Shown here one piece after another: positions 35,341 through 43,958 of a DNA stretch of 45,281 bases. The translations under genes were made by a program, and so were the position numbers. A model generated the notes under the pieces. The model ran no database searches. It saw nothing but the letters and a program-made list of their open reading frames with translations, and was not told where the DNA came from. The DNA comes from a virus (Duplodnaviria; Caudoviricetes). The stretch spans positions 1 through 45,281 of IMG/VR virus record IMGVR_UViG_3300044676_005977; one strand, 5' to 3'. Numbering within the stretch: position 1 is the stretch's first letter; the number at the start of each line of letters is the position of its first letter.

Positions 35341-36218
35341 CCATCCAGTAGCTTACGAAGTTGATTGATTTCGCGGTCTCCCGCAGAACCCGCATCTGTT
35401 CCTTCTTCATCGAATCTGAAATTGATTGTAGTTCCCGAATAGAATCTAAGATTTCGGCAGAGCTTATCGGCTCGCTCTTGTGCGTCAGGCTCGTTGTCGA
35501 AGCACACGATCCGTCGAGGAAATCTTGATATCCGTATGACCTGTTCCTGAGTGTAGGAGAGTCCCAGTGTGGCGACTGCTCCGGGACCAGTAGCCCAGAC
35601 ATCGGAAGGACCCTCATGGACAATGACAGATGATGTACAGTAGTCCTCGCCGTAAAGTAATGATCCCCGAGGTATTCTTTCTTCCCCTTCGCCAGCAGCA
35701 ATGTATCGTAAAGAGGCGTGAGGGTCAATTGATCGAGTCGTCCATGAAACTGTTTTTCCACGGAATCTAATAGGGATGAAGATTCGCCAACTTAGTTGAT
35801 CAGAGATTCCGATTCCTTGGAGATGCCAAGTTTCTTGAAGGTGATCGGGGTCGAATCCTCTCTCTTCCAAGTAATGCCGATGAGCGGGAAGAAGCTCGGA
35901 TCGGAATTCAGGCAAAACGAGCTTGCCTGTTGCCCTACTCCACGCCTCCCCTTCGTTCGATTTGATCTCCCTGAAAGAGTCCCGGACAGAGGCCCACTTG
36001 ACTCCGAGAACACCCGAAACCGCTTCTGGAACAGGGAGTCTTCCGCAAACCCAGCAGTTGAAGTACACTCCTGCGATATTATATCCCAGACGGTAGCTTT
36101 GGGACCCCGGTGAGCATCGAGGGCAGTCCATTTGTATCCATCCTGCCCTCGCATGGTGGTGTCCTCCTTCAGAGTAATACTCAGTTCCATAATCATCTAG
36201 TAAGTTTTCAAATCTCAT
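35337..36218 (-). CDS. DNA primase (zinc finger + TOPRIM)
   Basis: CPRC...CWVCG, YLEERG, RIFIPI, IVHEGPSD, VCFDNE. Confidence 0.88.
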   Translation of the reverse strand: MRFENLLDDYGTEYYSEGGHHHARAGWIQMDCPRCSPGSQSYRLGYNIAGVYFNCWVCGRLPVPEAVSGVLGVKWASVRDSFREIKSNEGEAWSRATGKLVLPEFRSELLPAHRHYLEERGFDPDHLQETWHLQGIGISDQLSWRIFIPIRFRGKTVSWTTRSIDPHASLRYIAAGEGEERIPRGSLLYGEDYCTSSVIVHEGPSDVWATGPGAVATLGLSYTQEQVIRISRFPRRIVCFDNEPDAQERADKLCRNLRFYSGTTINFRFDEEGTDAGSAGDREINQLRKLLDG

Positions 36219-36349
36219 CCGATGGCCCCTCCCTCATTCTAAGAACATCCTCGAACTGCTCGCCTGTTAGTTCGCTTGTACCCATTGGGGGCTTTCGCAC
36301 CGTTGGCATTTTTCGTAATCATTTGTCATCATCTCGGCTCCCTTTGTTT

Positions 36350-36574
36350 TTATATCACTTCGTCTGAAACGTACTCCTCCATGTACTGGATGATTTTTGC
36401 AGACATAGAGAACCCCCTTCGAGCACACTTAGCTTTGAAGAGGTCTTTGAGATGGTTCGAGCATTCCACAGTTACCTGTGCTTTGCCTCGTCTCTTACGG
36501 GGAATAAAATTAACCCCCACTCTCTTTTCCCCATCAACCTTTTTTCTCTTCCTCTTTCTTCTTTTCTTCTCCAC
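36350..36574 (-). CDS. Ribbon-helix-helix (Arc/CopG/ParG-like) DNA-binding protein
   Basis: QVTVECSNHLKDLFKAKCARRGFSMSAKIIQYMEEYV after a basic N-terminus; GGAGG RBS. Confidence 0.65.
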   Translation of the reverse strand: MEKKRRKRKRKKVDGEKRVGVNFIPRKRRGKAQVTVECSNHLKDLFKAKCARRGFSMSAKIIQYMEEYVSDEVI

Positions 36575-36666
36575 GTCGGTCCTCCTTTTTCAGTTCCTTA
36601 CCAATCCACCACTGAGGTACTCGTCCGAAACTCTCTGTTGATTTTGCCAGTGAGTCTATGATCAAA
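36528..36666. repeat. 139-bp exact direct repeat, copy A
   Basis: TCCCCATCAACC...GAGTCTATGATCAAA is identical to 37425-37563 (offset 897). Confidence 0.95.
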
Positions 36667-36671
36667 GTCAC

Positions 36672-37049
36672 TCATCGCAAATTCCCTTCTGTTCGTGTGT
36701 CTTCCAACGCCACCCGCACCTCATCCCCGAACTCACCCGACTCTATCATCTGTCGGGCCAGTTCCTTGAGGTCAGCATGAACTTGGGATGCGTCTCCATT
36801 ACGCCAGGTGAGATTATCAGCATTGAAATCCATAGTTAGGTAATCGAAGCTGTTACTATACTTCCACTGCCCACCATCCAGCGTCGGCAGATCGGCAATC
36901 GTGATCTCCCGTTTGGGTTTGGGAATCGGCGTTACTCGATAACCGTACATTTCAAGCACCCCAGTCCATTCATCAGTTGGAGTCTCAAGTAGCGCTTTCT
37001 CAAACGCACTCCTCTCCGCAATCCGCTCGTCTGTCATTCGCTCAGTCAC
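36672..37049 (-). CDS. Hypothetical protein in the repeat-flanked cassette
   Basis: GTG start MTERMTDE, with AAGGAG RBS. Confidence 0.6.
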   Translation of the reverse strand: MTERMTDERIAERSAFEKALLETPTDEWTGVLEMYGYRVTPIPKPKREITIADLPTLDGGQWKYSNSFDYLTMDFNADNLTWRNGDASQVHADLKELARQMIESGEFGDEVRVALEDTRTEGNLR

Positions 37050-37386
37050 GATATTTCTCCTTCCACGGTTTTGCTTGTGATTCCAGGATGCCTTTCTTCC
37101 AAGCGGGGAATTTGGCGTATTCTTTCGCAGCGAGTTTCAGGAACTTGAGGAACTCCGGGTCAGGCTTCAATACGATTCGCTCAGTCATCGCTGGTTCCTT
37201 TCTCGCCACCCTCACCGTCAGGCAGGAGACGAGAGCATCGTTTTCTGCCCGCAACCGCTCGCACTCAGCCCGCTCCGCTTTCAGGGCGGTTAGGATTTTG
37301 TCTGATTCAAAAAGAGTCAAGCCGACTCCCCTTCTTACGTCAGTCTGGTAACCTTCGATGTCTTCGTCTGTCATTCGCTCAGTCAT
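37042..37386 (-). CDS. Hypothetical protein in the repeat-flanked cassette (internal second MTER start at 37188)
   Basis: ATG 37386 MTERMTDE and ATG 37188 MTERIVL, each preceded by AAAGG. Confidence 0.55.
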   Translation of the reverse strand: MTERMTDEDIEGYQTDVRRGVGLTLFESDKILTALKAERAECERLRAENDALVSCLTVRVARKEPAMTERIVLKPDPEFLKFLKLAAKEYAKFPAWKKGILESQAKPWKEKYRD

Positions 37387-37424
37387 CGGCTCGCCTTTCT
37401 GTTGTTGGGTTCGCTCCGCTTCAA

Positions 37425-37563
37425 TCCCCATCAACCTTTTTTCTCTTCCTCTTTCTTCTTTTCTTCTCCACGTCGGTCCTCCTTTTTCAGTTCCTTACCA
37501 ATCCACCACTGAGGTACTCGTCCGAAACTCTCTGTTGATTTTGCCAGTGAGTCTATGATCAAA
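37425..37563. repeat. 139-bp exact direct repeat, copy B
   Basis: Identical to 36528-36666. Confidence 0.95.
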
Positions 37564-37877
37564 TTCTCAAAAGTGGCCTTGGCTCTCTTCTCATCAGTTC
37601 CTTGATACTTTGCAACCTCGTCATCTGCGAACCACACAAAATGGATATTTGATATGTCCATCGATAGTATGTTCGGATGCACGGGTCTGCTTTCGTAATC
37701 GTAGAGTGATTTTGGTTTTGAGTTTTTGTGTTTGTGTGATTTACGTTTTCTTCTCTTATTCTTTCGGTTTTTATCCCCGTCCCCTCCTCCGGGGGCAGAC
37801 GCACTCGTCATGTCATCCTCTTTTCGGTGTCTATAAAAGCAAAGCCTCTTCCAATGAGTCCACAATGGAATATTCAT
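37431..37877 (-). CDS. Basic hypothetical protein (start uncertain, possibly MTSASA)
   Basis: K/R-rich segment; its 3' end lies in repeat copy B. Confidence 0.5.
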   Translation of the reverse strand: MNIPLWTHWKRLCFYRHRKEDDMTSASAPGGGDGDKNRKNKRRKRKSHKHKNSKPKSLYDYESRPVHPNILSMDISNIHFVWFADDEVAKYQGTDEKRAKATFENLIIDSLAKSTESFGRVPQWWIGKELKKEDRRGEEKKKEEEKKG

Positions 37878-40188
37878 TGTGATTTTCAGTCCCCTCCACC
37901 ACTTGGTTGAAGATGTCCTGTTTGTTATCGAGAATATCAGCCATTTCTACCTCGATAGTGTCTTTGGCGATCAAGAAGAAAGCCTTTGTCTCCTCCTCTT
38001 GCCCAATCCGGTGTGTTCTTGCCAGCAATTGATTTAAGTCCCCCGGTGTCCACGGCATCTCCACCACGGCACTGTACTTCGCTGCTGTGAGGTTTAGTCC
38101 CACTCCAGCGGACTTGACGTTGCCAAACGCCAAACGGATTCTAGGGTCATTCTGGAACCTCTCTTCAGCCGTTCTCTTTTCCAGTGGAGTGGATGTTCCG
38201 TCGATGATCACTGAGCATTTGCGGAACTTCTTGTAAAGTCCTTCTCTTATGATTTTCTTGTGAACCCCAAAGACGACCATTTTCTGATCGGTCTTCTTCA
38301 GGAATCGAGACAACCAGTCTTCCACTGACTTCATTTTTAATTCACTTGCGAGCTGCCTCACGTAGTTCCATCGAACCATTCTCTCGCATGACTCCGCTTT
38401 CCTCGCTCTCTTGGTCCCGTGGTGCTCCCTGATCCATTCGATCAGGTCATCTTCCGCATCGTTGTATTGCTCGCGGTCCTCGATCTCCATAGGGATGATG
38501 ATTCTCTTCTGTTCCCCTAGATCAGTCTCATGTTTTTTCAATCGACGGAGCATGTACTTCTTGAGAACTTTATGCAGTTTATCAAGATTCCTCGCACCTT
38601 TGTAGGTCCATCCCCAAGGTTCTCTCTTTGGGTGACAAAACTCGTGACCAAAGTCGTCAAAATATGGGAATTCTTGCGGATCCAGTAAATGTAACAGAGG
38701 CCAGAGTTCTTTGGGTCGATTATTGAGGGGGGTTCCGGTCATCGGGATGATGTGAGGAACGTCCTCTGTGAGCATGTCCACGTAAGCAAACGCATGGTTG
38801 TCTTTGTTGCCTAGCTTGTGAGCCTCATCAATGATGACTACTCGCGGACCAATGCTGAGGAGGAGAGGTCCCCATTCTTTCAAGATATCATAATTGATTA
38901 TGTATATTTTCTCCCCCCGGTTCGCCCCCGGCCAGCCCCGAGGGGGTGTTCTCCCCTCGATAATGACAGGTTGCATCCCGAAATGTTTCAGGCATTCATT
39001 CTCCCAATTCGATTTGAGAGATGCCGGGCAGATGATCAGAATGGGAGTCTTCTTGCGGGACAGTGACCAGTAAAGTGACTGTACCGAGTTGTGGGTTAGT
39101 TTGTACCCTGAAGCCACATACAGATGGTCTGGGGAATCCACAGTGATGCACTGAGCTTCCATCTTCCCCAGAGGTTCCACGTCTTGGATATAAAGACCAA
39201 ATCCCTCATCAGTGGGAGGACTCCATTGTCTTGCTTTCCTTTTCAGTCGGAAAGGGTTGAAATCGAACATTCTCACATTGACTCTGTACTCATCCTCGTA
39301 GGGTCCTGTGACCTTGGCAACTCCCCCCAGTGACCTTACCAACTCGCACACATCCTCAGCCAGTTTTTTGCTGTGTGTGGAATAACTCACTCTGTTCCAG
39401 TTGATAATTCCATCACAGTCCATTAAACCTCTAAGGAGTTCGACACGCACAGATGTATCACAAAATAGATACTCTTGTGGAATGAACCTTTCTCTTGAGT
39501 AAACATCTAGTTCATACTCTTCAATCTGAGCTTTTGTGAAATAGTCCCCTATAATCCTTACTCGTTGGCAACCATGTCCTTTGCTTTCTCTGTATTCCCA
39601 AGGGTGTTCCGATTTTAATTGACCTAGAATCTCATCACAGTCAAACTTATTCAAAGTGAACTGGACTCCAGAATTAACCAAAGCTCCCTCAGCGATCAAT
39701 ACCCCCAAAAGATAGGGGGAGATTGGAGGTTCCTCAGAAGTTCCTCCCTGTACGGGTTTTAATCGGGGGATTCTGTACTTATTTCGAGATGGATTGTCGG
39801 CATAGGTCAGGCCACTGTCCATCATCTCTCCAAGGGTCTTCACTTGGAAGCCCTGTCCTTTTGTGGTCCTCGTGGGAGTCGTGACACACCACAGATGCTC
39901 GTCACAACACTCCACAGATGTTCCGTCCGTGAAAGTGACACGGAACATCTCTTTCATGCCTTGGGGGTGTACAGCAGTGACAGGGACGGGCTGTCCTTGG
40001 CTCCCAATGACAAAATCTCCAACATGGAGGTCCCCCATCTTTGTCCATCCATAAGGTGTTCGTATCAAAGACCTTACGGAATTACATTTGCCCAAGCCCA
40101 TGTCATCACCGAGAAGACCCCTCCCGTTCATGCGGTCAAGCCACTTCACACCCTTTTTTTGGTGTGGTTTTAGTTTTGGTTTTTTCAT
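37831..40188 (-). CDS. SNF2-family (SF2) helicase containing an intein
   Basis: LKPHQ..G, GDDMGLGK|S, IICPASLKSNW, IIDEAH, MTGTP, GVGLNLTAA, QLLARTHRIGQ. Confidence 0.92.
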   Translation of the reverse strand: MKKPKLKPHQKKGVKWLDRMNGRGLLGDDMGLGKCNSVRSLIRTPYGWTKMGDLHVGDFVIGSQGQPVPVTAVHPQGMKEMFRVTFTDGTSVECCDEHLWCVTTPTRTTKGQGFQVKTLGEMMDSGLTYADNPSRNKYRIPRLKPVQGGTSEEPPISPYLLGVLIAEGALVNSGVQFTLNKFDCDEILGQLKSEHPWEYRESKGHGCQRVRIIGDYFTKAQIEEYELDVYSRERFIPQEYLFCDTSVRVELLRGLMDCDGIINWNRVSYSTHSKKLAEDVCELVRSLGGVAKVTGPYEDEYRVNVRMFDFNPFRLKRKARQWSPPTDEGFGLYIQDVEPLGKMEAQCITVDSPDHLYVASGYKLTHNSVQSLYWSLSRKKTPILIICPASLKSNWENECLKHFGMQPVIIEGRTPPRGWPGANRGEKIYIINYDILKEWGPLLLSIGPRVVIIDEAHKLGNKDNHAFAYVDMLTEDVPHIIPMTGTPLNNRPKELWPLLHLLDPQEFPYFDDFGHEFCHPKREPWGWTYKGARNLDKLHKVLKKYMLRRLKKHETDLGEQKRIIIPMEIEDREQYNDAEDDLIEWIREHHGTKRARKAESCERMVRWNYVRQLASELKMKSVEDWLSRFLKKTDQKMVVFGVHKKIIREGLYKKFRKCSVIIDGTSTPLEKRTAEERFQNDPRIRLAFGNVKSAGVGLNLTAAKYSAVVEMPWTPGDLNQLLARTHRIGQEEETKAFFLIAKDTIEVEMADILDNKQDIFNQVVEGTENHNEYSIVDSLEEALLL
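39088..40086 (-). mobile_element. 333-aa intein with LAGLIDADG homing endonuclease, inserted in the helicase Walker A motif
   Basis: GLGK|CNS... start, block B ECCDEHLW, LAGLIDADG-like YLLGVLIAEG and LLRGLMDCDG, terminal LTHN|S. Confidence 0.92.
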
Positions 40189-40190
40189 GA

Positions 40191-40415
40191 TTACATGCTG
40201 ATGAAAGTCTTGGAAATGACAGCCAACCAAAAGAAGCAACAGGTCTGGATGGTCACGTCCCAGACTGCCTCGGCGTCTCCCAGTTCGTTGATCTGAGTGA
40301 AGTTAGTTCCTATGATCACGTTGAGACTCCAGAGCGTTATGTGGACGCACAGGACTGCCACAACCAACAACCTGATGGAAGCTCCCGGATTAGGTGGTGG
40401 AATCGGTTGGTTCAC
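40191..40415 (-). CDS. Small membrane protein
   Basis: Two hydrophobic segments. Confidence 0.5.
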   Translation of the reverse strand: MNQPIPPPNPGASIRLLVVAVLCVHITLWSLNVIIGTNFTQINELGDAEAVWDVTIQTCCFFWLAVISKTFISM

Positions 40416-40684
40416 TTGGCTTTACCTCTTTTCTTTTTCTTCGTTTTTAGTTTGGGCGTTGGAAAAATATCCCCTAGCACCTTTCGGAACTCGATCCTGT
40501 CTTGGGGTTCCCCCAACGCATAAAGTTGGGACAGAAAATGAAGATGACGGGTACTCACTTTCCCCATCGATTTTATGATCTTTTTTCTGTACTCTGGATT
40601 ATCTGATCTCAGATAGCTCATGACCAACACGGTCACTTCCGCTTCAGTTTGATTTTTCGATGTCATGGACAACCTCCGGGACAT
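40412..40684 (-). CDS. Basic hypothetical protein
   Basis: Overlap-coupled; Lys-rich C-terminus. Confidence 0.5.
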   Translation of the reverse strand: MSRRLSMTSKNQTEAEVTVLVMSYLRSDNPEYRKKIIKSMGKVSTRHLHFLSQLYALGEPQDRIEFRKVLGDIFPTPKLKTKKKKRGKAK

Positions 40685-40847
40685 TATCGACGTTTGGTTG
40701 ATTTGACTGACAGGCGCCTTTGCACCCGTTGTGGTGCTTGGCTACGTAAGCAAAGCCAACTGCGATGAGAATGACACAAGCGAGCGTAGCGAACGACAGT
40801 GTCAGGATGAGTAATGTTTCATCCTGTTTTTTCAGATTATCTGACAT
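40644..40847 (-). CDS. Small membrane protein
   Basis: Single TM helix LLILTLSFATLACVILIAVGFAYV; AAGGA RBS. Confidence 0.55.
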   Translation of the reverse strand: MSDNLKKQDETLLILTLSFATLACVILIAVGFAYVAKHHNGCKGACQSNQPNVDNVPEVVHDIEKSN

Positions 40848-40876
40848 AACAGATCCTTTAGGTTATTATTTATACT

Positions 40877-40986
40877 ATTAGGGTACGAGATTTTCGTACC
40901 CACATACGCAATATTCGTACTCTTTTATCAGACCATCTGACATTAGGGTACGAGATTTTCGTACCCTTTTATCAGACCATCTGACA
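40877..40986. repeat. Composite duplicated palindromes (GGGTACGA-N5-TCGTACCC x2; CTTTTATCAGACCATCTGACA x2)
   Basis: ATTAGGGTACGAGATTTTCGTACCC at 40877 and 40942; CTTTTATCAGACCATCTGACA at 40922 and 40966. Confidence 0.85.
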
Positions 40987-41511
40987 AGCAACAGAGTATG
41001 AAGATCTGATCTCTGCCAAGGCTCGACTGATCCTACTCTCACTCCAATTGAGTGTGTCCTGTGCGATCCTCACAGCCCTCTCAAACTTGTCCGATTGGGA
41101 CCTCTTTTTGGCAATTGGATCGTCGCACATCGACAGTATGAGATTGAGGAACTCTCTTGCGTCCTGCGTCTCAACCATCCGGTGAATCACTTCCAGAAAA
41201 TGAGGCTCAGATTTTTCCGGGATTAAGCCGGATCCAGTGTCAATGTCAGAGTCCACAGTGATTTGACGTTTCCGTCTTTGCTTTTTCCTGAAATCCAAGA
41301 TCCTCATTCTGAGTTGATACTGTACAAATTGTTCCGGGGAGGCTGTACACTTGTCCGGGTCGTATCGTCGACAACAGTTCATGAATTCCTCATTGATATA
41401 CGACATCAGGGAGTCGACCGGGAGACCTAATTCCCTCCCAAAACTAAAAACCATCCCCCGGACCTGATGTCCAATTTGTTCCCACATTGATTCGATTTGT
41501 TGATTGTTCAT
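40972..41511 (-). CDS. Sigma70/ECF-like RNA polymerase sigma factor
   Basis: Region-2-like RRYDPDK...FVQYQLRMRILDFRKK; C-terminal HTH-like LNWSESRISRALAEIR. Confidence 0.6.
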   Translation of the reverse strand: MNNQQIESMWEQIGHQVRGMVFSFGRELGLPVDSLMSYINEEFMNCCRRYDPDKCTASPEQFVQYQLRMRILDFRKKQRRKRQITVDSDIDTGSGLIPEKSEPHFLEVIHRMVETQDAREFLNLILSMCDDPIAKKRSQSDKFERAVRIAQDTLNWSESRISRALAEIRSSYSVACQMV

Positions 41512-41738
41512 CGTATTCGTTTCCCTTTGTTGAGCGGATTGAGTTCCGCAGCTTCGTTGTAAAAGTAAGACACATCACAGGCTTTCGACACCCCCCACCA
41601 TATCGAGCCGGATAATATAAATGTTGATCCGAACACCACACAGGAGAGGATTCCAAACAAAATAGCAGCGATCAGCATTGCTAGATTCCATTGGAATAGC
41701 TCGATCACCAATGGTTCATCTTCAGGTCTCGGTTTCAT
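41508..41738 (-). CDS. Membrane hypothetical protein
   Basis: Likely start MKPRPEDEPL just after the upstream stop; hydrophobic segment LAMLIAAILFGILSCVVFG. Confidence 0.45.
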   Translation of the reverse strand: MKPRPEDEPLVIELFQWNLAMLIAAILFGILSCVVFGSTFILSGSIWWGVSKACDVSYFYNEAAELNPLNKGKRIR

Positions 41739-41739
41739 T

Positions 41740-42060
41740 TTATGCCCTTTGGTTATATCTCTCTTGCATTTGTGAAAGGAGGCTGGATTCCAATCTACGG
41801 AACTCATCAGCAGAGTAGGTAAATTTATCCCCTCCCTCAATTGCTGTGATACTGCCCCCGCAGGCGTGATCAATTTGCTTGTGACAGGCTTGAACCTTGC
41901 CAGTCATCATTCGATACAGATTCTCATTGATACGGCCCTCATCGAGCCACTGGGAGCCTTTACGGAAGGGACAGTGAGAACACATAGGCGTGACCGGGCT
42001 GACTGTCTCTGCTGAGGAACTCGCATCGATTGCTTCTTTATATCCGTTTCTTAATCCCAT
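41740..42060 (-). CDS. Cys/His metal-binding hypothetical protein (DUF6283-like pattern)
   Basis: PMCSHCPFRK...ACHK...ACGG; GGAG RBS. Confidence 0.55.
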   Translation of the reverse strand: MGLRNGYKEAIDASSSAETVSPVTPMCSHCPFRKGSQWLDEGRINENLYRMMTGKVQACHKQIDHACGGSITAIEGGDKFTYSADEFRRLESSLLSQMQERYNQRA

Positions 42061-42128
42061 TTCAATTCTCCGTTGAAAGTGTCAAAATTTATGGGAAATT
42101 CTGCGATCCAGTGAAAGTGAGAATGAGA

Positions 42129-42422
42129 TTAGCCCTTTGACTCCACTTTCACTGGACGAATGTAGGGGTGGAACTTGATTTCATCCTCGAAACTGGGGGA
42201 CGTTGAGAAGTGGAGTGTCGATCTTCCATTAGAATTGGAAACGATAACCTCAATAGAGGTGTCCCATTTCAAAGCAACTACTCCAGTGTCACCGGATGAA
42301 ATAGCGTAATGAGTTGCCCCTTTCTGGATTTTGTCCAGACATTCCCGGATCCATCCGTTGATGCGATAATCCTCAATAAGGTATCCGTCTTGGAAGTGGT
42401 GAAATTCTTTGTGATCTGACAT
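42129..42422 (-). CDS. Early hypothetical protein
   Basis: AAGGA RBS and the conserved upstream leader motif. Confidence 0.6.
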   Translation of the reverse strand: MSDHKEFHHFQDGYLIEDYRINGWIRECLDKIQKGATHYAISSGDTGVVALKWDTSIEVIVSNSNGRSTLHFSTSPSFEDEIKFHPYIRPVKVESKG

Positions 42423-42478
42423 AATTCTAATTCCTTGAAAGTGTTAAAAATTAACAGAGTTGTTGCGGATCCAGTGTT

Positions 42479-43162
42479 TCAATAAGAACCGACATGAATG
42501 GGTGAACCTTCCCCCTCATAGTCCACGTAGATTGCAGGATGCTCGTTTGCGAAAGCTGACAAAATCTCCCCGATGTCGTTGCTCCAGTCTCCATCCCAGA
42601 AACCTGCCCCGTGACCATTGCGAGTCAAGCAATAGTCATGACCAGCAATCTCGAAAACAGAATCGACATCTGAGGGAAGCCGGGACGCATAATTGTCATC
42701 AGTGATCAAATGCTCAGTCTGCTGGAAAAATGAGTAACATTCCCCCCAGATCGATTTTAAGTCCCCGGTGTCAATCATCGAGACATCTGCCCCGAGATCG
42801 TCCAAAGAAGTCCCCTCGTCGTCTGTAGCTTGCCAGATGAGGCAATCAATAAACCCTCTCCAGAAGTCGAGGAAGCTGTGATTCTGAGAAGCCTCATAAT
42901 CCATGTCAGGAGTAGCAAAAACAATCACACAAGCCCCCGTGGGTACGATCTCGAAGCCTTCCCCTATCTCATTGATCGAGAAGATCCCGCCTTCGTAGCC
43001 GAATTCCTTATCAACAGCTTTTTTGATGGCGTTTTTGTCTGATCCAACAGGCATTTGAATCGAAACGCGATTCACCCATGCGTAGTTAGCTTCACCTCCG
43101 AATGTGTCGGTTTCTTCAAAGTTCCACTTCTCGAAAACAGGGTAATTTGAAATGTTTTTCAT
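42479..43162 (-). CDS. Early acidic hypothetical protein
   Basis: TDTFGGEANYAWV and AGHDYCLTRNGHGAGFWDGDW segments resemble common phage early proteins; AAGGA RBS. Confidence 0.65.
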   Translation of the reverse strand: MKNISNYPVFEKWNFEETDTFGGEANYAWVNRVSIQMPVGSDKNAIKKAVDKEFGYEGGIFSINEIGEGFEIVPTGACVIVFATPDMDYEASQNHSFLDFWRGFIDCLIWQATDDEGTSLDDLGADVSMIDTGDLKSIWGECYSFFQQTEHLITDDNYASRLPSDVDSVFEIAGHDYCLTRNGHGAGFWDGDWSNDIGEILSAFANEHPAIYVDYEGEGSPIHVGSY

Positions 43163-43293
43163 CGTTAAAATCCTTTTGTGTTTAGTTGATTCGTCGTAAG
43201 ACGTTGGCTTTGAGTTGAGAAATTTGCGGGAAGATTCCCGATCCAGTGAAAATGATCCCCCTCCCTATTGAGGGGATCGAGTAGAGACCTGTT

Positions 43294-43821
43294 TCAATAG
43301 TCCTGAAAGGCTTCCTGTAGGCTTTCGATTTCTTGCCCCGTGAAGTGCTTGCGGAAAGTTTCGTTTTGCTTACGCACAGCCTCCCATGTGGCGTAATCTT
43401 TCCGAGAGTCGACGTTGTACCCAAGCTCAGAACAGAACTCTTCAAAGGATCCCAATCCGTCACCGTATAGGTCCATAATCAGACAGTACATCACATCGTC
43501 AATAGTCGGTTGAACAACAGACACGGACAGACCTGCATGCCCCCGGATGGAATGACCATTGGACAGTGCCACCTTCACAGCATTGTGCATGGCTGCGGAA
43601 TTGTCCCCGTGTTTGAATCCCATCAGATGTCCGATCCCTTGATGGTATTCAATCGAGAAGAGATAATCATTACCACGATAGAAATGGACATCCCAGTCCA
43701 CTTGCCATTCTGACATTTTCATCTGTTCCAGCTTGCCGAGAGGTGCTCGCCGATGATCACATCGGATCGAGAGGTCAGAGATGACAGAGTTGGCGATAGC
43801 TGCTGTTTGTTGAGTAGTCAT
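43294..43821 (-). CDS. Early hypothetical protein
   Basis: YHQGIGH, PTIDDVMYCL, FEEFCSELGYNVDSRK; AAGGA RBS; downstream of the sigma70 promoter. Confidence 0.65.
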   Translation of the reverse strand: MTTQQTAAIANSVISDLSIRCDHRRAPLGKLEQMKMSEWQVDWDVHFYRGNDYLFSIEYHQGIGHLMGFKHGDNSAAMHNAVKVALSNGHSIRGHAGLSVSVVQPTIDDVMYCLIMDLYGDGLGSFEEFCSELGYNVDSRKDYATWEAVRKQNETFRKHFTGQEIESLQEAFQDY

Positions 43822-43865
43822 AGCTTCGATTCCTTTTGAGTTGAGAAAAGTTTAAGTCTGCGTGA

Positions 43866-43894
43866 AGTTTAAGAAGTGTCAGAAAATCTGTCAA
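43866..43894 (-). promoter_or_regulatory. Sigma70 promoter TTGACA-N17-TAAACT overlapped/flanked by TCAGA-N3-TCTGA palindromes
   Basis: -35 at 43889-43894 and -10 at 43866-43871; palindromes at 43879, 43904 and 43925. Confidence 0.75.
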
Positions 43895-43958
43895 TCCAGT
43901 TTATCAGATAATCTGATTATTTTGTCAGATTATCTGATATTATCCCCGGGGGGTGTTT

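Noticed and set aside
36528-37563. Diversity-generating retroelement TR/VR pair or IS element
   Set aside because: The repeats are identical with no adenine-specific mismatches, and there is no reverse transcriptase, transposase or terminal inverted repeat.
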